From Candidatus Cloacimonadota bacterium (lineage in GTDB: Bacteria; Cloacimonadota; Cloacimonadia; JGIOTU-2), in assembly GCA_030613025.1 (NCBI GenBank), contig JAUWMT010000008.1, positions 3,318-67,317 on the forward strand: a stretch of 64,000 nt of DNA, written 5' to 3'. The notes below the pieces were generated by a model. The model was given only the letters and a program-made list of their open reading frames with translations. It did no database searches and had not been told where the DNA came from. The position numbers and the translations under genes are program-made. Positions 1 to 10,358 of the stretch are shown piece after piece (the stretch's first letter is position 1; each line of letters begins with the position of its first letter).

Positions 1-2637
1 GCAGATTATAAACTTCCTTCTTTTGATGGTATGTCTGCAATAAAAATTCAACAGAAAACCACGCCTGATATTCCACTGATTATTATTTCAGGAACAATAG
101 GTGAAGAAATTGCCATTGAGTGTTTAAAAGCCGGTGCAACAGACTATGTCCTAAAAGGCAAACTCTCCAGACTTATTCCTGTTGTGAAACGTGCCCTAAA
201 AGAAACAGAAGAACGCAGAGAACGAAAAAAAGCTGAAAAAGCACTACGAAAATCGGAAGAGCAATTCCGATTAATTGCAGAAAACACAAGTGATAATATT
301 GCTATAACTACATTTGATCTGAAAGCTACCTATCTCTATCTAAGCCCTTCATTAAAATCCATGGTCGGCTATGACCTTGAAGATCTGCTTGGTAAATCCT
401 TTTTCGATTTTATCCATCCGGAAGATAAAAAGATTTTATTACCCTTATTAAAAAAATATATTAATAATAAGATCAAGAAACTTATCTCAGGAAAAGAATC
501 CATAGTTAGTGAGACAATTGAATATCGCTTCATAAATAAAGATAGAGAATGGCGTAATTTTCAAAGTACTGTAAATATCGCTGGAAAGCAACTTATTTCA
601 GTTACACGTGATGTAACAGAGCGCAAGCAGGCGGAAGAAGAATTGATACAATCTGAAAAAAGCTATCGAGATCTTTTTAACAATGCATCTGATGCCATAT
701 ACATACAGGACAGGGAAGGTCGTTTTCTTGATGTCAATCAGGGAGCAGTGGACATGTACGGTTATTCAAAGGAGTTTTTCATAGGAAAGACACCTGAATT
801 TTTATCAGCTCCGGGAAAGAACGACATGAAAAAGATCATCGGATTTGTCGAGGATGCATTTAACGGCAAAACCAGACAATATGATTTCTGGGGTATAAGA
901 AAAAACGGCGAAGTATTTCCTAAAATTGTCCGTTCCCAACAAGGTTTTTATCTGGGTCGGAAAGTCATTATTACATATGCTTTAGACATCACCGAGCAGA
1001 AGCAAGCAGAGGAAATCCAAAAAGCATTATACAACATTTCCAATGCTCTGAATACAACCGATAAAATGCGCGACTTTTACAACAAAATAAGAGAATACCT
1101 GGGAAATATGATTGACACTACCAATTTCTATGTTGCTTTATATGATGAGAAAACTGATATGATCTCTCTTCCTTTTAATGTCGATGAAAAAGATGATTTT
1201 GAAACATTTCCTGCTGGTAAGACTATCACAAAGTATGTCATCAAAACAGGCAAGTCCCTTTTTGCTACGAAGGATGTAGTAAAAAAATTAATAAAAAAAG
1301 GATTAATTGAAACAGTTGGAACACCATCTGAAATCTGGCTCGGTGTTCCCCTGAAAATTGAAAATAAAGTAATCGGTGTTATAGCAGTTCAAAGCTATGA
1401 TGATCCAAACCTCTATACAGAAAAGGATATTGAAATTCTAACCTTTATTTCCGAAGAAATTGCTCTTGCTATCAATCGCAAACAGGCAGAGGAGACTTTA
1501 AATAAAGAACTTCGTAAGCGACAAATACTCCAAGATGTGGCTTTAAGTCTTCTTGAAACAGATTTAAAAAAATCTATTAAAACCTCTTTAAAGGCAATTA
1601 GGATTGGCTTAGATCTTCCAAAAGTAATGCTAAGAATTAGAGTTGATCCTAACAATGATTGGCAAATTGTAGATTGTAGAGAAAGTTTGCTCGGAATTGG
1701 ATCAGTTTTACCTACAAACATAAGAGGGGTAGATGCAATACTGGCTTATGAAAAAAAAGAGATTTCCGTCGTTAATGATATTCGTAAAAAATATTGGTAT
1801 GAAAAACATAAAGATATTTGGGAAAAAACAAAAACACTTGCTTATCTCAGCATACCTTGTATAGATTATTCCGGTGATGTTAAAGGAATTCTCTACCTTC
1901 ATGATGATAGGGTGCGAATATGGAGTGATGATGACAAAAACATAGGGAAAGCAGTAGCAGCAGAATTAGCTTCAATCATCGAACGTAAACAGGCAGAAGA
2001 AGAATTAAAGATCAATCGGGAACGATTAAAAACAGCAAATTCAATTTTGCGTCACGACATTGCAAATGACGTTATTGTAATAAAAAGCGCTCTTGATATC
2101 TACCGTGATGAGCAGGACGAAACTATGCTTGACGAGATCGAGAAGCGAGTCGAAAAAAGTTTAAATACGATAAAAAAACAACGTGACCAGGAACAGTTCA
2201 TAGATTCTCATACAGCTTTAGATGAATATGATATGGAAAAAGTAGCACATGATATTATTAAAAATTTTCCAAATATAAAGTTTAATGTTACTGGCACGGG
2301 CAGGGCTTATGCGGACAATGCAATTTATTCAGTATTTGAGAACATAATAAGTAATGCAATTAAGCATGGCAAAACAACCAAGATGGATATTGATATTAGT
2401 TCAGATGAAGATCATTGTGAGATCAGATTTTCAGATTATGGCATTGGCATACCGGATGAAATGAAATATAAGATATTCGATGAAGGTTTCCAATATGGTG
2501 AAACAGGGCATACCGGTATTGGATTGTATATCGTACAACAAACAGTTGATGATTATGGTGGAATAGTATTTGTTGAAGATAATAAACCGAGTGGAGCAGT
2601 ATTTGTAATTCGATTGAAGAAAATTATTGAAAGATGA
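1..2637 (+). CDS. Hybrid sensor histidine kinase (receiver-PAS-PAS-GAF-GAF-HisKA-HATPase), 5' end outside window
   Basis: Frame is open from base 1 (ADYKLPSFDGM, receiver domain); PAS and GAF segments; H-box ILRHDIAN; N-box ENIISNAIKHG; G-boxes DYGIGI and GTGIGL-like HTGIGL. Confidence 0.9.
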   Translation, partial: ADYKLPSFDGMSAIKIQQKTTPDIPLIIISGTIGEEIAIECLKAGATDYVLKGKLSRLIPVVKRALKETEERRERKKAEKALRKSEEQFRLIAENTSDNIAITTFDLKATYLYLSPSLKSMVGYDLEDLLGKSFFDFIHPEDKKILLPLLKKYINNKIKKLISGKESIVSETIEYRFINKDREWRNFQSTVNIAGKQLISVTRDVTERKQAEEELIQSEKSYRDLFNNASDAIYIQDREGRFLDVNQGAVDMYGYSKEFFIGKTPEFLSAPGKNDMKKIIGFVEDAFNGKTRQYDFWGIRKNGEVFPKIVRSQQGFYLGRKVIITYALDITEQKQAEEIQKALYNISNALNTTDKMRDFYNKIREYLGNMIDTTNFYVALYDEKTDMISLPFNVDEKDDFETFPAGKTITKYVIKTGKSLFATKDVVKKLIKKGLIETVGTPSEIWLGVPLKIENKVIGVIAVQSYDDPNLYTEKDIEILTFISEEIALAINRKQAEETLNKELRKRQILQDVALSLLETDLKKSIKTSLKAIRIGLDLPKVMLRIRVDPNNDWQIVDCRESLLGIGSVLPTNIRGVDAILAYEKKEISVVNDIRKKYWYEKHKDIWEKTKTLAYLSIPCIDYSGDVKGILYLHDDRVRIWSDDDKNIGKAVAAELASIIERKQAEEELKINRERLKTANSILRHDIANDVIVIKSALDIYRDEQDETMLDEIEKRVEKSLNTIKKQRDQEQFIDSHTALDEYDMEKVAHDIIKNFPNIKFNVTGTGRAYADNAIYSVFENIISNAIKHGKTTKMDIDISSDEDHCEIRFSDYGIGIPDEMKYKIFDEGFQYGETGHTGIGLYIVQQTVDDYGGIVFVEDNKPSGAVFVIRLKKIIER

Positions 2638-2640
2638 AAG

Positions 2641-2680
2641 AAGTCATTAAGTCATTAAGTCATTGGGTCATTAGGTCATT
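2641..2680 (+). repeat. Five tandem 8-nt units (a/g)(a/g)gtcatt
   Basis: aagtcatt aagtcatt aagtcatt gggtcatt aggtcatt, intergenic. Confidence 0.8.
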
Positions 2681-2694
2681 TTACAGCGCAGCGA

Positions 2695-4767
2695 ATGACC
2701 ATCTTTGAGGTTATGGAGTTAAAGTATGCAGAAGGTAGAATGTGTATTAAAAAACCAACCATTTTAGTTATAATACTTTTATTTTTTTTTCATATCTGTA
2801 CGATATTTGCAGGGGAAGTAGATTCATTAAAGAACAGATTAGAAACCGAAACAGGTGAGGGAAAGATAGAAATTTTAGACAAGTTAGCAGGAAATTATTG
2901 GGAGCTTTCTCCAAATGAAAGAATTCCATTTGCAGCACAAATGGTTGAATTATCTGAAAAACTTAAGGATCAAGGTTATAAAGCAGATGCATACAATTAT
3001 TTGGGAATAGCTTACAATCAACTTGATGAAACTCAAAAATCCATGGATTATTTCCTGAATGCATTAGATATAGCCAAACAAACTAATGATAAAGACAGAA
3101 TTGCAAAATCTTTTCTCAATCTCGGACAGGCAAATTTTTATTTGGATAATTTTGATAAAGCCCAAGAATATTTTCAAAAACTTTTGGAGATAAGAACAGA
3201 AATTGAAGATAAACAAGGTATATCCATGGCGTTAAACCAGTTAGGTACTGTTATGGCTAGAACCAAACGGTATGATGAAGCTTTAGACTATTTTTCCAAA
3301 TCCCTGATAATAAGAAAAGAGATCGATTACAAAATAGGTATTTCTCAGATATACAATAATATTGCGAATGTATATTTTGATTTAGGAGAAATGGATAACG
3401 TTCTGGAATATCGGTTACGATCATTGGAAATCGTTCGAGAATTGAATAACAAATGGGAAATGGCTATTACCACTTATAATGTTGCAGAATATTATTTATA
3501 TAATAATGAACCCGACGAAGCTTATCCGTATTTACTTGAATCACAGGAATTGGCAGAAATGCTTAATAATCAAGGATTGATCAGAGATAATACACAATTT
3601 TTTTCATGGTATTATGAATTAAAAGAGGATTATCCAAAATCGATAAAATATTTGAAAGAATATGCGAAATTAACAAAGAAGCAATTTTCCCAGGCACTAA
3701 GTGAAAAAATTGCAGAAATGCATGCAAAGTATGATGTGGACACAAAAGATAAGGAAATTGCCTTGCTTCAGAAGAATAATCAGATACATCAGCTTAACCT
3801 CTCAAAACAAAAACTTGTGATCTTCTTCTCAATATCATTCTTCATTTTGTTTATAGTTATAGGATTAATTATATTTATTAAAGACAAAAATATTGAGAAA
3901 AAACTTGAGCGAGCGGTGAGTGAGCGCACAAAGGAGCTTAAGAATGAGATTGATGAGCGAGTTCAAACTGAATTGAAATTACTACAAGCAAACGATGAAT
4001 TGACCAAGCTACAACTGAGACTGGAACAAAAGGTTGAAGACTCGATCAAACAGATACGGCAGCAGGATCACATGATAATCCGGCAGTCACGACAGGTAGC
4101 AATGGGGGAGCTCATGAACAATGTAGCCCATCATTGGAGGCAGCCGCTGGCAGCAGTTGGATTGATCGTTCAGGACATTCAGGATGCCTTTCATGCGGAT
4201 GAACTTAATGAAAAATATTTGCAGGAATCGGTTGGTGAGGCAATGAAGCAGTTGCAGCAGATGTCAAAAACAATTACGGATATTTCCGAACTTTTTATCA
4301 CAACCAAAGTTGAAAGATCTTTCAATGTAAAAGAAGAAATTGAAAGAATGATCCATGTTTTATCCCAGAATTTCAAAGCAAATAACATAAATACATATTT
4401 GGATTGCAAAGAGGATTGTACTGTTTTAGGATATCCTCATGAATTTGCGCAGGTGGTGTTCAATATCCTGACAAATGCAAAAGAAATAATCGTCCAAAGA
4501 GAATGTAAGGAAAGAAATATATTCCTGAAAGTTTCAAATGAAAATAAGATATGCAAGATCATAATTGAGGACACCGCAGGTGGAATAGATGATGAAATGA
4601 TTGACAAAATATTCGAACCATATTTTTCTACGAAAGAAAATTTAGTCGGAACAGGATTAGGTCTATATATGTCCAAAATGCTTATCGAGAAGAACATGAA
4701 AGGTTCTCTTACTGTGCAGAATACCGAAAAAGGAGCAGTGTTTACCATTGAAATCACAACCAATTAA
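2695..4767 (+). CDS. TPR-repeat membrane sensor histidine kinase
   Basis: Signal peptide, TPR repeats (AYNYLGIAY, ALNQLGTV), one TM helix, H-box VAHHWRQPL, PYFSTK and GTGLGLY; true start may be slightly downstream. Confidence 0.9.
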   Translation: MTIFEVMELKYAEGRMCIKKPTILVIILLFFFHICTIFAGEVDSLKNRLETETGEGKIEILDKLAGNYWELSPNERIPFAAQMVELSEKLKDQGYKADAYNYLGIAYNQLDETQKSMDYFLNALDIAKQTNDKDRIAKSFLNLGQANFYLDNFDKAQEYFQKLLEIRTEIEDKQGISMALNQLGTVMARTKRYDEALDYFSKSLIIRKEIDYKIGISQIYNNIANVYFDLGEMDNVLEYRLRSLEIVRELNNKWEMAITTYNVAEYYLYNNEPDEAYPYLLESQELAEMLNNQGLIRDNTQFFSWYYELKEDYPKSIKYLKEYAKLTKKQFSQALSEKIAEMHAKYDVDTKDKEIALLQKNNQIHQLNLSKQKLVIFFSISFFILFIVIGLIIFIKDKNIEKKLERAVSERTKELKNEIDERVQTELKLLQANDELTKLQLRLEQKVEDSIKQIRQQDHMIIRQSRQVAMGELMNNVAHHWRQPLAAVGLIVQDIQDAFHADELNEKYLQESVGEAMKQLQQMSKTITDISELFITTKVERSFNVKEEIERMIHVLSQNFKANNINTYLDCKEDCTVLGYPHEFAQVVFNILTNAKEIIVQRECKERNIFLKVSNENKICKIIIEDTAGGIDDEMIDKIFEPYFSTKENLVGTGLGLYMSKMLIEKNMKGSLTVQNTEKGAVFTIEITTN

Positions 4768-6196
4768 AGATACACCAAAAGCTCTTTTACCCTTATCAAT
4801 TATGTATGTCGAGGATGAAGGTGTCATTCTCCGTTCGATCAATACGATGATGGAACGTAAGATCAAAGATGTTTTCACCGCACTTAATGGGGAAATTGGA
4901 CTTAAGATATTCAAAAAGCATAAGCCACAAATCGTTGTAACAGATATAAAGATGCCTGTCATGAACGGTCTGGAAATGATCGAGAAGATCAAGGAAATCG
5001 AACCTTCAACGAAATTTATCGTAGTGTCAGCTTATGGAGAAATAAACTATTTTATCAAAGCAATAGAACTTGGAGTTCAGGGTTTTATTCTCAAACCGGT
5101 TAATGTGAAACAGCTTATGGGCTTGATTCAGGAATTGGGCAACGGTATTTTACTTCAAAAGGAGATAGAAAGGAAGGAAGAGGAACGCAAGAGATCTGAC
5201 GAAGCGCTTCAGGAGCAGAAGGCATATTTCGAGCATCTTTTTGAAAGTTCGCCGGAAGCAATTGTGGTTGCTTCGATTGAGGGAAAAATAGTACAGATCA
5301 ACCGCGCATTCTCAGAAGTGTTTGGTTACACTGAGGAAGAAGCGATTGGAAAAGTGCTGGATGAGCTCATTTCTGCTGATGAACTTTTAAACGAAGCTAC
5401 TGAATACACCAAGCAAGTTGTCAGTGGAAAAGATATACGGCTTGAAACAAAGCGTAAAACCAAAAGCGGTAAATTGCTGGATGTATCCGTTCTCGGCACG
5501 CCTATCATAATAGAAGGGCAGCAGGTAGCGGTGTATGGTATCTATCGAGATATCACCGACAGGAAACGGGCTGAAGATGAGCTTAAGGCAAGTTATGAGA
5601 GATTGCAGAAGCTAATTCAGGATACGGTAAATGTGCTTGCCAATGTTGTTGAATTGCGGGATCCCTACACTGCAGGTCATCAGCATAATGTAGCTCAACT
5701 TGGGATTTCCATAGCAAAGGAAATGAAATTTCCCTCCGATATGATCGAAGGTATTCGCATTGGTGGGACTATGCACGATATTGGTAAGATAAAAATACCG
5801 ATCAGGATATTGAATAAATCGGAAATGCTAACAGATAAAGAATGGGAGCAGATCAAATTTCATCCTACAGTTGGATATGAACTTTTAAAGGACCTGGATT
5901 TCCCATGGCAGGTCGCAAAGATGGTTCATCAGCATCATGAGCGTTTTGACGGTTCGGGTTATCCAAATGGTCTGAAAAAAGATAAAATTCTTATGGAAGC
6001 AAGGATCCTTGCAGTAGCTGACGTTGTAGAAGCAATGGCAAACGACCGACCCTATCGTCAAAGTCTTGGATTGGAAATAGCCCTTGAAGAGATCGAGGAT
6101 AACAAAGGTATTCTATATGATCCTGATGTCGTTGAAAATGCTGTAAAAATTCTAAAGAATGGCGCATTTGTTTTTGGCAAAAAACATACCACATAA
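4748..6196 (+). CDS. Response regulator with PAS and HD-GYP phosphodiesterase domains
   Basis: YVEDE...TDIKMPVMNG receiver; PAS; RDPYTAGH, HDIGK, HHERFDGSGYP. Confidence 0.92.
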   Translation: MKSQPIKDTPKALLPLSIMYVEDEGVILRSINTMMERKIKDVFTALNGEIGLKIFKKHKPQIVVTDIKMPVMNGLEMIEKIKEIEPSTKFIVVSAYGEINYFIKAIELGVQGFILKPVNVKQLMGLIQELGNGILLQKEIERKEEERKRSDEALQEQKAYFEHLFESSPEAIVVASIEGKIVQINRAFSEVFGYTEEEAIGKVLDELISADELLNEATEYTKQVVSGKDIRLETKRKTKSGKLLDVSVLGTPIIIEGQQVAVYGIYRDITDRKRAEDELKASYERLQKLIQDTVNVLANVVELRDPYTAGHQHNVAQLGISIAKEMKFPSDMIEGIRIGGTMHDIGKIKIPIRILNKSEMLTDKEWEQIKFHPTVGYELLKDLDFPWQVAKMVHQHHERFDGSGYPNGLKKDKILMEARILAVADVVEAMANDRPYRQSLGLEIALEEIEDNKGILYDPDVVENAVKILKNGAFVFGKKHTT

Positions 6197-6286
6197 CGAT
6201 AAAAGATTTCTATAAAATAAAATCTGAAAATACTCCTGCAAAATTGACAAACATTTACATTCAAAAAAATTTGAATAAAATATAAT

Positions 6287-6518
6287 TGAGTTTACTTAAC
6301 AAAAGTTATGATTATAAATATGTTAGAAAGATTTTCAAATATTCGGAAACCGATCCCAGTTAAATGAATAAGGATTTAACGGGACAAGTGAATCGGTTGA
6401 AAGTTACTGTCTTCTTAATTAACCACCAACTTAAGTTGGTGGTTAATGAAACAAAAAAACATTAACCGTTTTAACGGTTTATCATTTTATTAATTCTGAT
6501 TTTTTTAGAGTGGACTTA
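6287..6518. mobile_element. MITE-like element, copy 1
   Basis: Imperfect terminal inverted repeats TGAGTTTACT...AGTGGACTTA flanked by TAAT on both sides; central 30-bp perfect palindrome ATTAACCACCAACTTAAGTTGGTGGTTAAT; inverted homolog at 35735-35928. Confidence 0.75.
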
Positions 6519-6550
6519 TAATTCAAAATATGCATACGCAGGGAGCACGT

Positions 6551-8221
6551 ATGAAAAAAGTAGTCTTGTTTTTCACACTCATTATATTTTTATTCTCCGC
6601 TCAATCATTACTCGCGCAGGATAATATAGCCACCGGCAGCATTCAACCTTCAGAACTTTTACCTGGTGGGAAGGGTATGATCACAGTGACCTTCACTATT
6701 CCGGAAGGAATGCATCAAAGCTTGCAGGAAGACTATTTCTATATCGAAGCTGAAGAAGTAGAAGGTATTGAATTTTCACACACTCAATATCCCGAAGGTA
6801 TCGAAGAAGACAGTTTGATAAATTATTACGAGTCCGTAATTTTGCAGCAGGAATTCACCCTCTCAAAAGATTTTCCTGCAGATGCGTATGAGCTTTTGGT
6901 CTATGCCGGCTACCAGTTCTGTGAAAACTCTGGAATGTGCTATTTTCCGGAAGAGGAGGAGCTTGTACTTACTTTTGCCGTCCAAGGTGTGCAAAGTGTG
7001 ATCTCTGCAATGGAGACGCTCCAGACAGATTCAAAAACTGAAGTAGAAACATCGCCTGAGATTGAGTTCACAGAGATCAAAAGTAAGCTTGATGGATTTG
7101 TCATGACAGACATTGCTGCCGGGTATCTGAAAAGCAAGGATTTTATCTTGTTTGCAGAAGATGCAAAAACAGCGGATGGTTCGTCCGCAAATAGATTTGC
7201 AGGAATGAGTATCTGGCTGATACTGCTTCTGATTGTTGTCGGGGGTATTGCACTTAATCTCACTCCCTGTGTTCTTCCTATGATGCCCATAACCATTGCA
7301 GTGCTTGGAGCCGGCACACAGGCGGAATCCAGAGGAAAGGGTTTTTTGATCGGTAGTGTATATGGAATCGGTATGATGCTTGCCTATGGCTGTCTCGGTT
7401 TGATCGTAGTGCTCACCGGTTCACGATTCGGTGAGATTAATTCCTCGCCCTGGTTCAATATAATAATTGCAATTATTTTTATCCTGCTTGCTCTTGCCAT
7501 GTTTGATGTGTTCCCTATAGATTTTACAAAATTCCAGTCCGGCAAGATGGCTGGTAAGAAAACAGGAAAGGGAAAATATATTACAGTATTTGTGCTGGGT
7601 ATTATCGCCGCATTGCTTGCCGGTGCATGTGTTGCTCCTGTCCTTATTTCGGTAATTCTGTATTCGGTAACTTTATATACTTCGGGAAATCCTGCCGGTT
7701 TGCTGCTTCCATTCCTGCTTGGTGCTGGTATGGCATTGCCGTGGCCCTTTGTCGGCGCCGGACTTTCGATCCTTCCCAAACCGGGAAAATGGATGCAGTG
7801 GATCAAATATATCTTTGGTGTGATCATACTGGTTATTGCGCTTCTTTATGGCTACACAGCAGTTTCAATTTTTAAAACACAATCCCAGCCGGTGGTGTAC
7901 GAGCACACAGACGAAAGTACGACCGAAGAAACCGACCTTGTCTGGATGCCTTCTTTGATAGATGGTCTTGAAAGAGCAAAAGAAGAAGACAAACCGGTTC
8001 TCATTGATTTCTGGGCAACTTGGTGCAAGAACTGTCTTGTAATGGAAGCAACTACATTTAAAGATGATAGGGTTGAAGAGGTTTTGAAAGATTTTGTTCT
8101 TGTACGGTATCAGGCAGAGGATTTGAACAAATCCCCGACAAAAGAGATACTCGATCATTTTGGTGTGCTTGGACTTCCATCTTATGTCGTACTTATACCT
8201 AACTCGGATAAACCTGAATAA
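6551..8221 (+). CDS. dsbD: Thiol:disulfide interchange protein, DsbD family (alpha, TM and thioredoxin domains)
   Basis: Signal peptide; CENSGMC; TM cysteine motifs LTPCVLP and GACVAP; C-terminal DFWATWCKNC. Confidence 0.88.
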   Translation: MKKVVLFFTLIIFLFSAQSLLAQDNIATGSIQPSELLPGGKGMITVTFTIPEGMHQSLQEDYFYIEAEEVEGIEFSHTQYPEGIEEDSLINYYESVILQQEFTLSKDFPADAYELLVYAGYQFCENSGMCYFPEEEELVLTFAVQGVQSVISAMETLQTDSKTEVETSPEIEFTEIKSKLDGFVMTDIAAGYLKSKDFILFAEDAKTADGSSANRFAGMSIWLILLLIVVGGIALNLTPCVLPMMPITIAVLGAGTQAESRGKGFLIGSVYGIGMMLAYGCLGLIVVLTGSRFGEINSSPWFNIIIAIIFILLALAMFDVFPIDFTKFQSGKMAGKKTGKGKYITVFVLGIIAALLAGACVAPVLISVILYSVTLYTSGNPAGLLLPFLLGAGMALPWPFVGAGLSILPKPGKWMQWIKYIFGVIILVIALLYGYTAVSIFKTQSQPVVYEHTDESTTEETDLVWMPSLIDGLERAKEEDKPVLIDFWATWCKNCLVMEATTFKDDRVEEVLKDFVLVRYQAEDLNKSPTKEILDHFGVLGLPSYVVLIPNSDKPE

Positions 8222-8464
8222 ATATAACCACGAATTAACACGAATGCACACGAAAGCACCCGAATGAAAAAATTAAGCATAAAAAATTATCTTTGTGAAT
8301 CCTCTATAATAAAGAGGTTACAGAGACTTGAGGTAATATTTTGCCAAAAAAATATTCTTAATTTTTCCTTTACATCTTTGCGTCTTTGCGAGAATCTTTG
8401 TTTTCACGTCCGTCGGCTGATTGGAATCCTAAGTACCTAAATAATTTTTAAGAGGTTTAAAAAT

Positions 8465-9544
8465 ATGAAAAAAGTTTTGTTTTGCATACTTGGAATTGTC
8501 ATACTGCTTTCAATTTTTTCCTGTGACAGATTTAAACATCATTTTGATCCCATTCTTACACCCTTTGAACATTATTTAGAACGCTTTGCCGCTCATATGG
8601 AAGATGGTATTTTATTTGATGATGTTGCATCTATTATGACCTATTATTCGAACACTTATCTAAACGATGGAATGGAAAAAGCTGACATGCAAGCTCTGTA
8701 TGATTCACTCGCATTAGCATCACCGGACAGCATTTCAATCAATATAGATATTCTATCTGAGTTCGATTATAAGGTGTCGTACCGTATTATGACAGCAGGT
8801 GTTGACACTACGATAATCGACTATGCCCAAGCTCAACGTGACAGCTTTCTTTTCATAGGAAATCAGATCGCTCCTGCAGTTCCTCAAAAAGTTTTGGTCG
8901 AAATGATCACAGGGACATGGTGTTCGAACTGTCATTATGCAGAGGAAGCGCTTAAACAGCTCAAGCAGGAATACGGGAATGCCTTTTATTATATTGAATA
9001 CCACTGGGACGACGATCTGGATGTTGGTGCAATAGAGGTAATTGAATATTATAATATGAGCTATTCAGCCCCTCAATCAATGTTCCAGGGACAGGTAAAG
9101 GTAACAGGCGGTGGGGGAGACACCTATGATCAATATCATAACACTATCACCAGTTTTTTTGATCAGGACGCTCTGGCAGAACTGAAAAATTTCTCCTACA
9201 CAATTTCTGATACTTTATCCGGGCAGATCACAATTAGGAAAGACTATTCTCTTCCTATGGAAGACCTATATATCAAATATGCGCTGATTGAAAAAGTATC
9301 TTCTGTGCTCGGATATACAGGAAGACCCTGTGAACAGGTGGTTATCGCAAAAGGAATGAAAAATATTGGTGAGGAAGATTTTTCCAATCCGATTTCTTTT
9401 AAACTTGGAATGCCTTCAACCGTTCCGGATGACATTGTGCTCTATGTATGGCTGCAAACTCTTGAAGATCCCTATAATGCAGATACGTGTAAAATTTATA
9501 ATGTGATAGAAGAAGATATTTTACTTGAGAAGGGGAGCATTTAA
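8465..9544 (+). CDS. Omp28-like outer-membrane lipoprotein with a CxxC thioredoxin fold
   Basis: Lipobox IFS-C; KVLVEMITGTWCSNC and YIEYH resemble Omp28-related proteins. Confidence 0.7.
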   Translation: MKKVLFCILGIVILLSIFSCDRFKHHFDPILTPFEHYLERFAAHMEDGILFDDVASIMTYYSNTYLNDGMEKADMQALYDSLALASPDSISINIDILSEFDYKVSYRIMTAGVDTTIIDYAQAQRDSFLFIGNQIAPAVPQKVLVEMITGTWCSNCHYAEEALKQLKQEYGNAFYYIEYHWDDDLDVGAIEVIEYYNMSYSAPQSMFQGQVKVTGGGGDTYDQYHNTITSFFDQDALAELKNFSYTISDTLSGQITIRKDYSLPMEDLYIKYALIEKVSSVLGYTGRPCEQVVIAKGMKNIGEEDFSNPISFKLGMPSTVPDDIVLYVWLQTLEDPYNADTCKIYNVIEEDILLEKGSI

Positions 9545-10350
9545 TGAAAAGAACGATTTCTATTCTGATATTCAGTGTTCTCTTTTTAATTTCAACAGTA
9601 TTCGCACTGGACACCATGTCGGATTTTACTCTTGAAGACATCAACGGAGATCAGATCGATTCTGACGAACTGTTGAGTAAAAAAGCAGTGATAGTTGACT
9701 TCTGGGCAAAGTGGTGCGGTCCCTGCAAGAAAGCCCTTCCCCATCTCAGCGATCTTCAGGAAAAGTATAGGGATCTCGTTAATGTAATTTGTATCAGCAC
9801 AGATAAAGCACGTGATGCCGGTAAGGTTAGATCCTTTGTAAAATCTAAGAATTTCGAATTCATTACTCTTCTTGATCCCAATAAAAACGTAAGCAAGCTT
9901 TTCAATGTAAACACAATTCCTAGAACATTCATCATCGATGAAAATGGTGAGATCGTTTACAGGCACGAGGGCTATATACAGGGCGATGAACACGAGCTTG
10001 AGACAGAATTGAGAAAGGTCATTTATAAAGATATTACCATCGAGGAACTCAACGAATTATTCCCACCTGAAGAATTGCCTGAACCGATAAATTATGTGTC
10101 TCCAGTTTATCCTGAAAAAGCTTATGATGACAAAGTTGAAGCAGATATCATACTCGATCTTGTGATTATGGAAGATGGCACTGTTGGTCAGGTATGCCTT
10201 ATCAGCGCCTGCAAAGACACAATTTATGGCTTTGAGAAAGCTGCCATCGATGCAGCACAGCAATGGGTATTTGAGCCTATTATTGTTGACAGTGTGGCTG
10301 TAACAACTCGTGTGCTTTATCCGAGCCGGTTCAGAATAGAAAAACAATAG
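9544..10350 (+). CDS. TlpA/ResA-like redoxin fused to a TonB C-terminal domain
   Basis: Signal peptide; DFWAKWCGPCKKALP and IPRTFIID; C-terminal PVYPEKA...DGTV...FEKAAIDAAQQWVFEP. Confidence 0.8.
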   Translation: MKRTISILIFSVLFLISTVFALDTMSDFTLEDINGDQIDSDELLSKKAVIVDFWAKWCGPCKKALPHLSDLQEKYRDLVNVICISTDKARDAGKVRSFVKSKNFEFITLLDPNKNVSKLFNVNTIPRTFIIDENGEIVYRHEGYIQGDEHELETELRKVIYKDITIEELNELFPPEELPEPINYVSPVYPEKAYDDKVEADIILDLVIMEDGTVGQVCLISACKDTIYGFEKAAIDAAQQWVFEPIIVDSVAVTTRVLYPSRFRIEKQ

Positions 10351-10358
10351 AGGTACTT

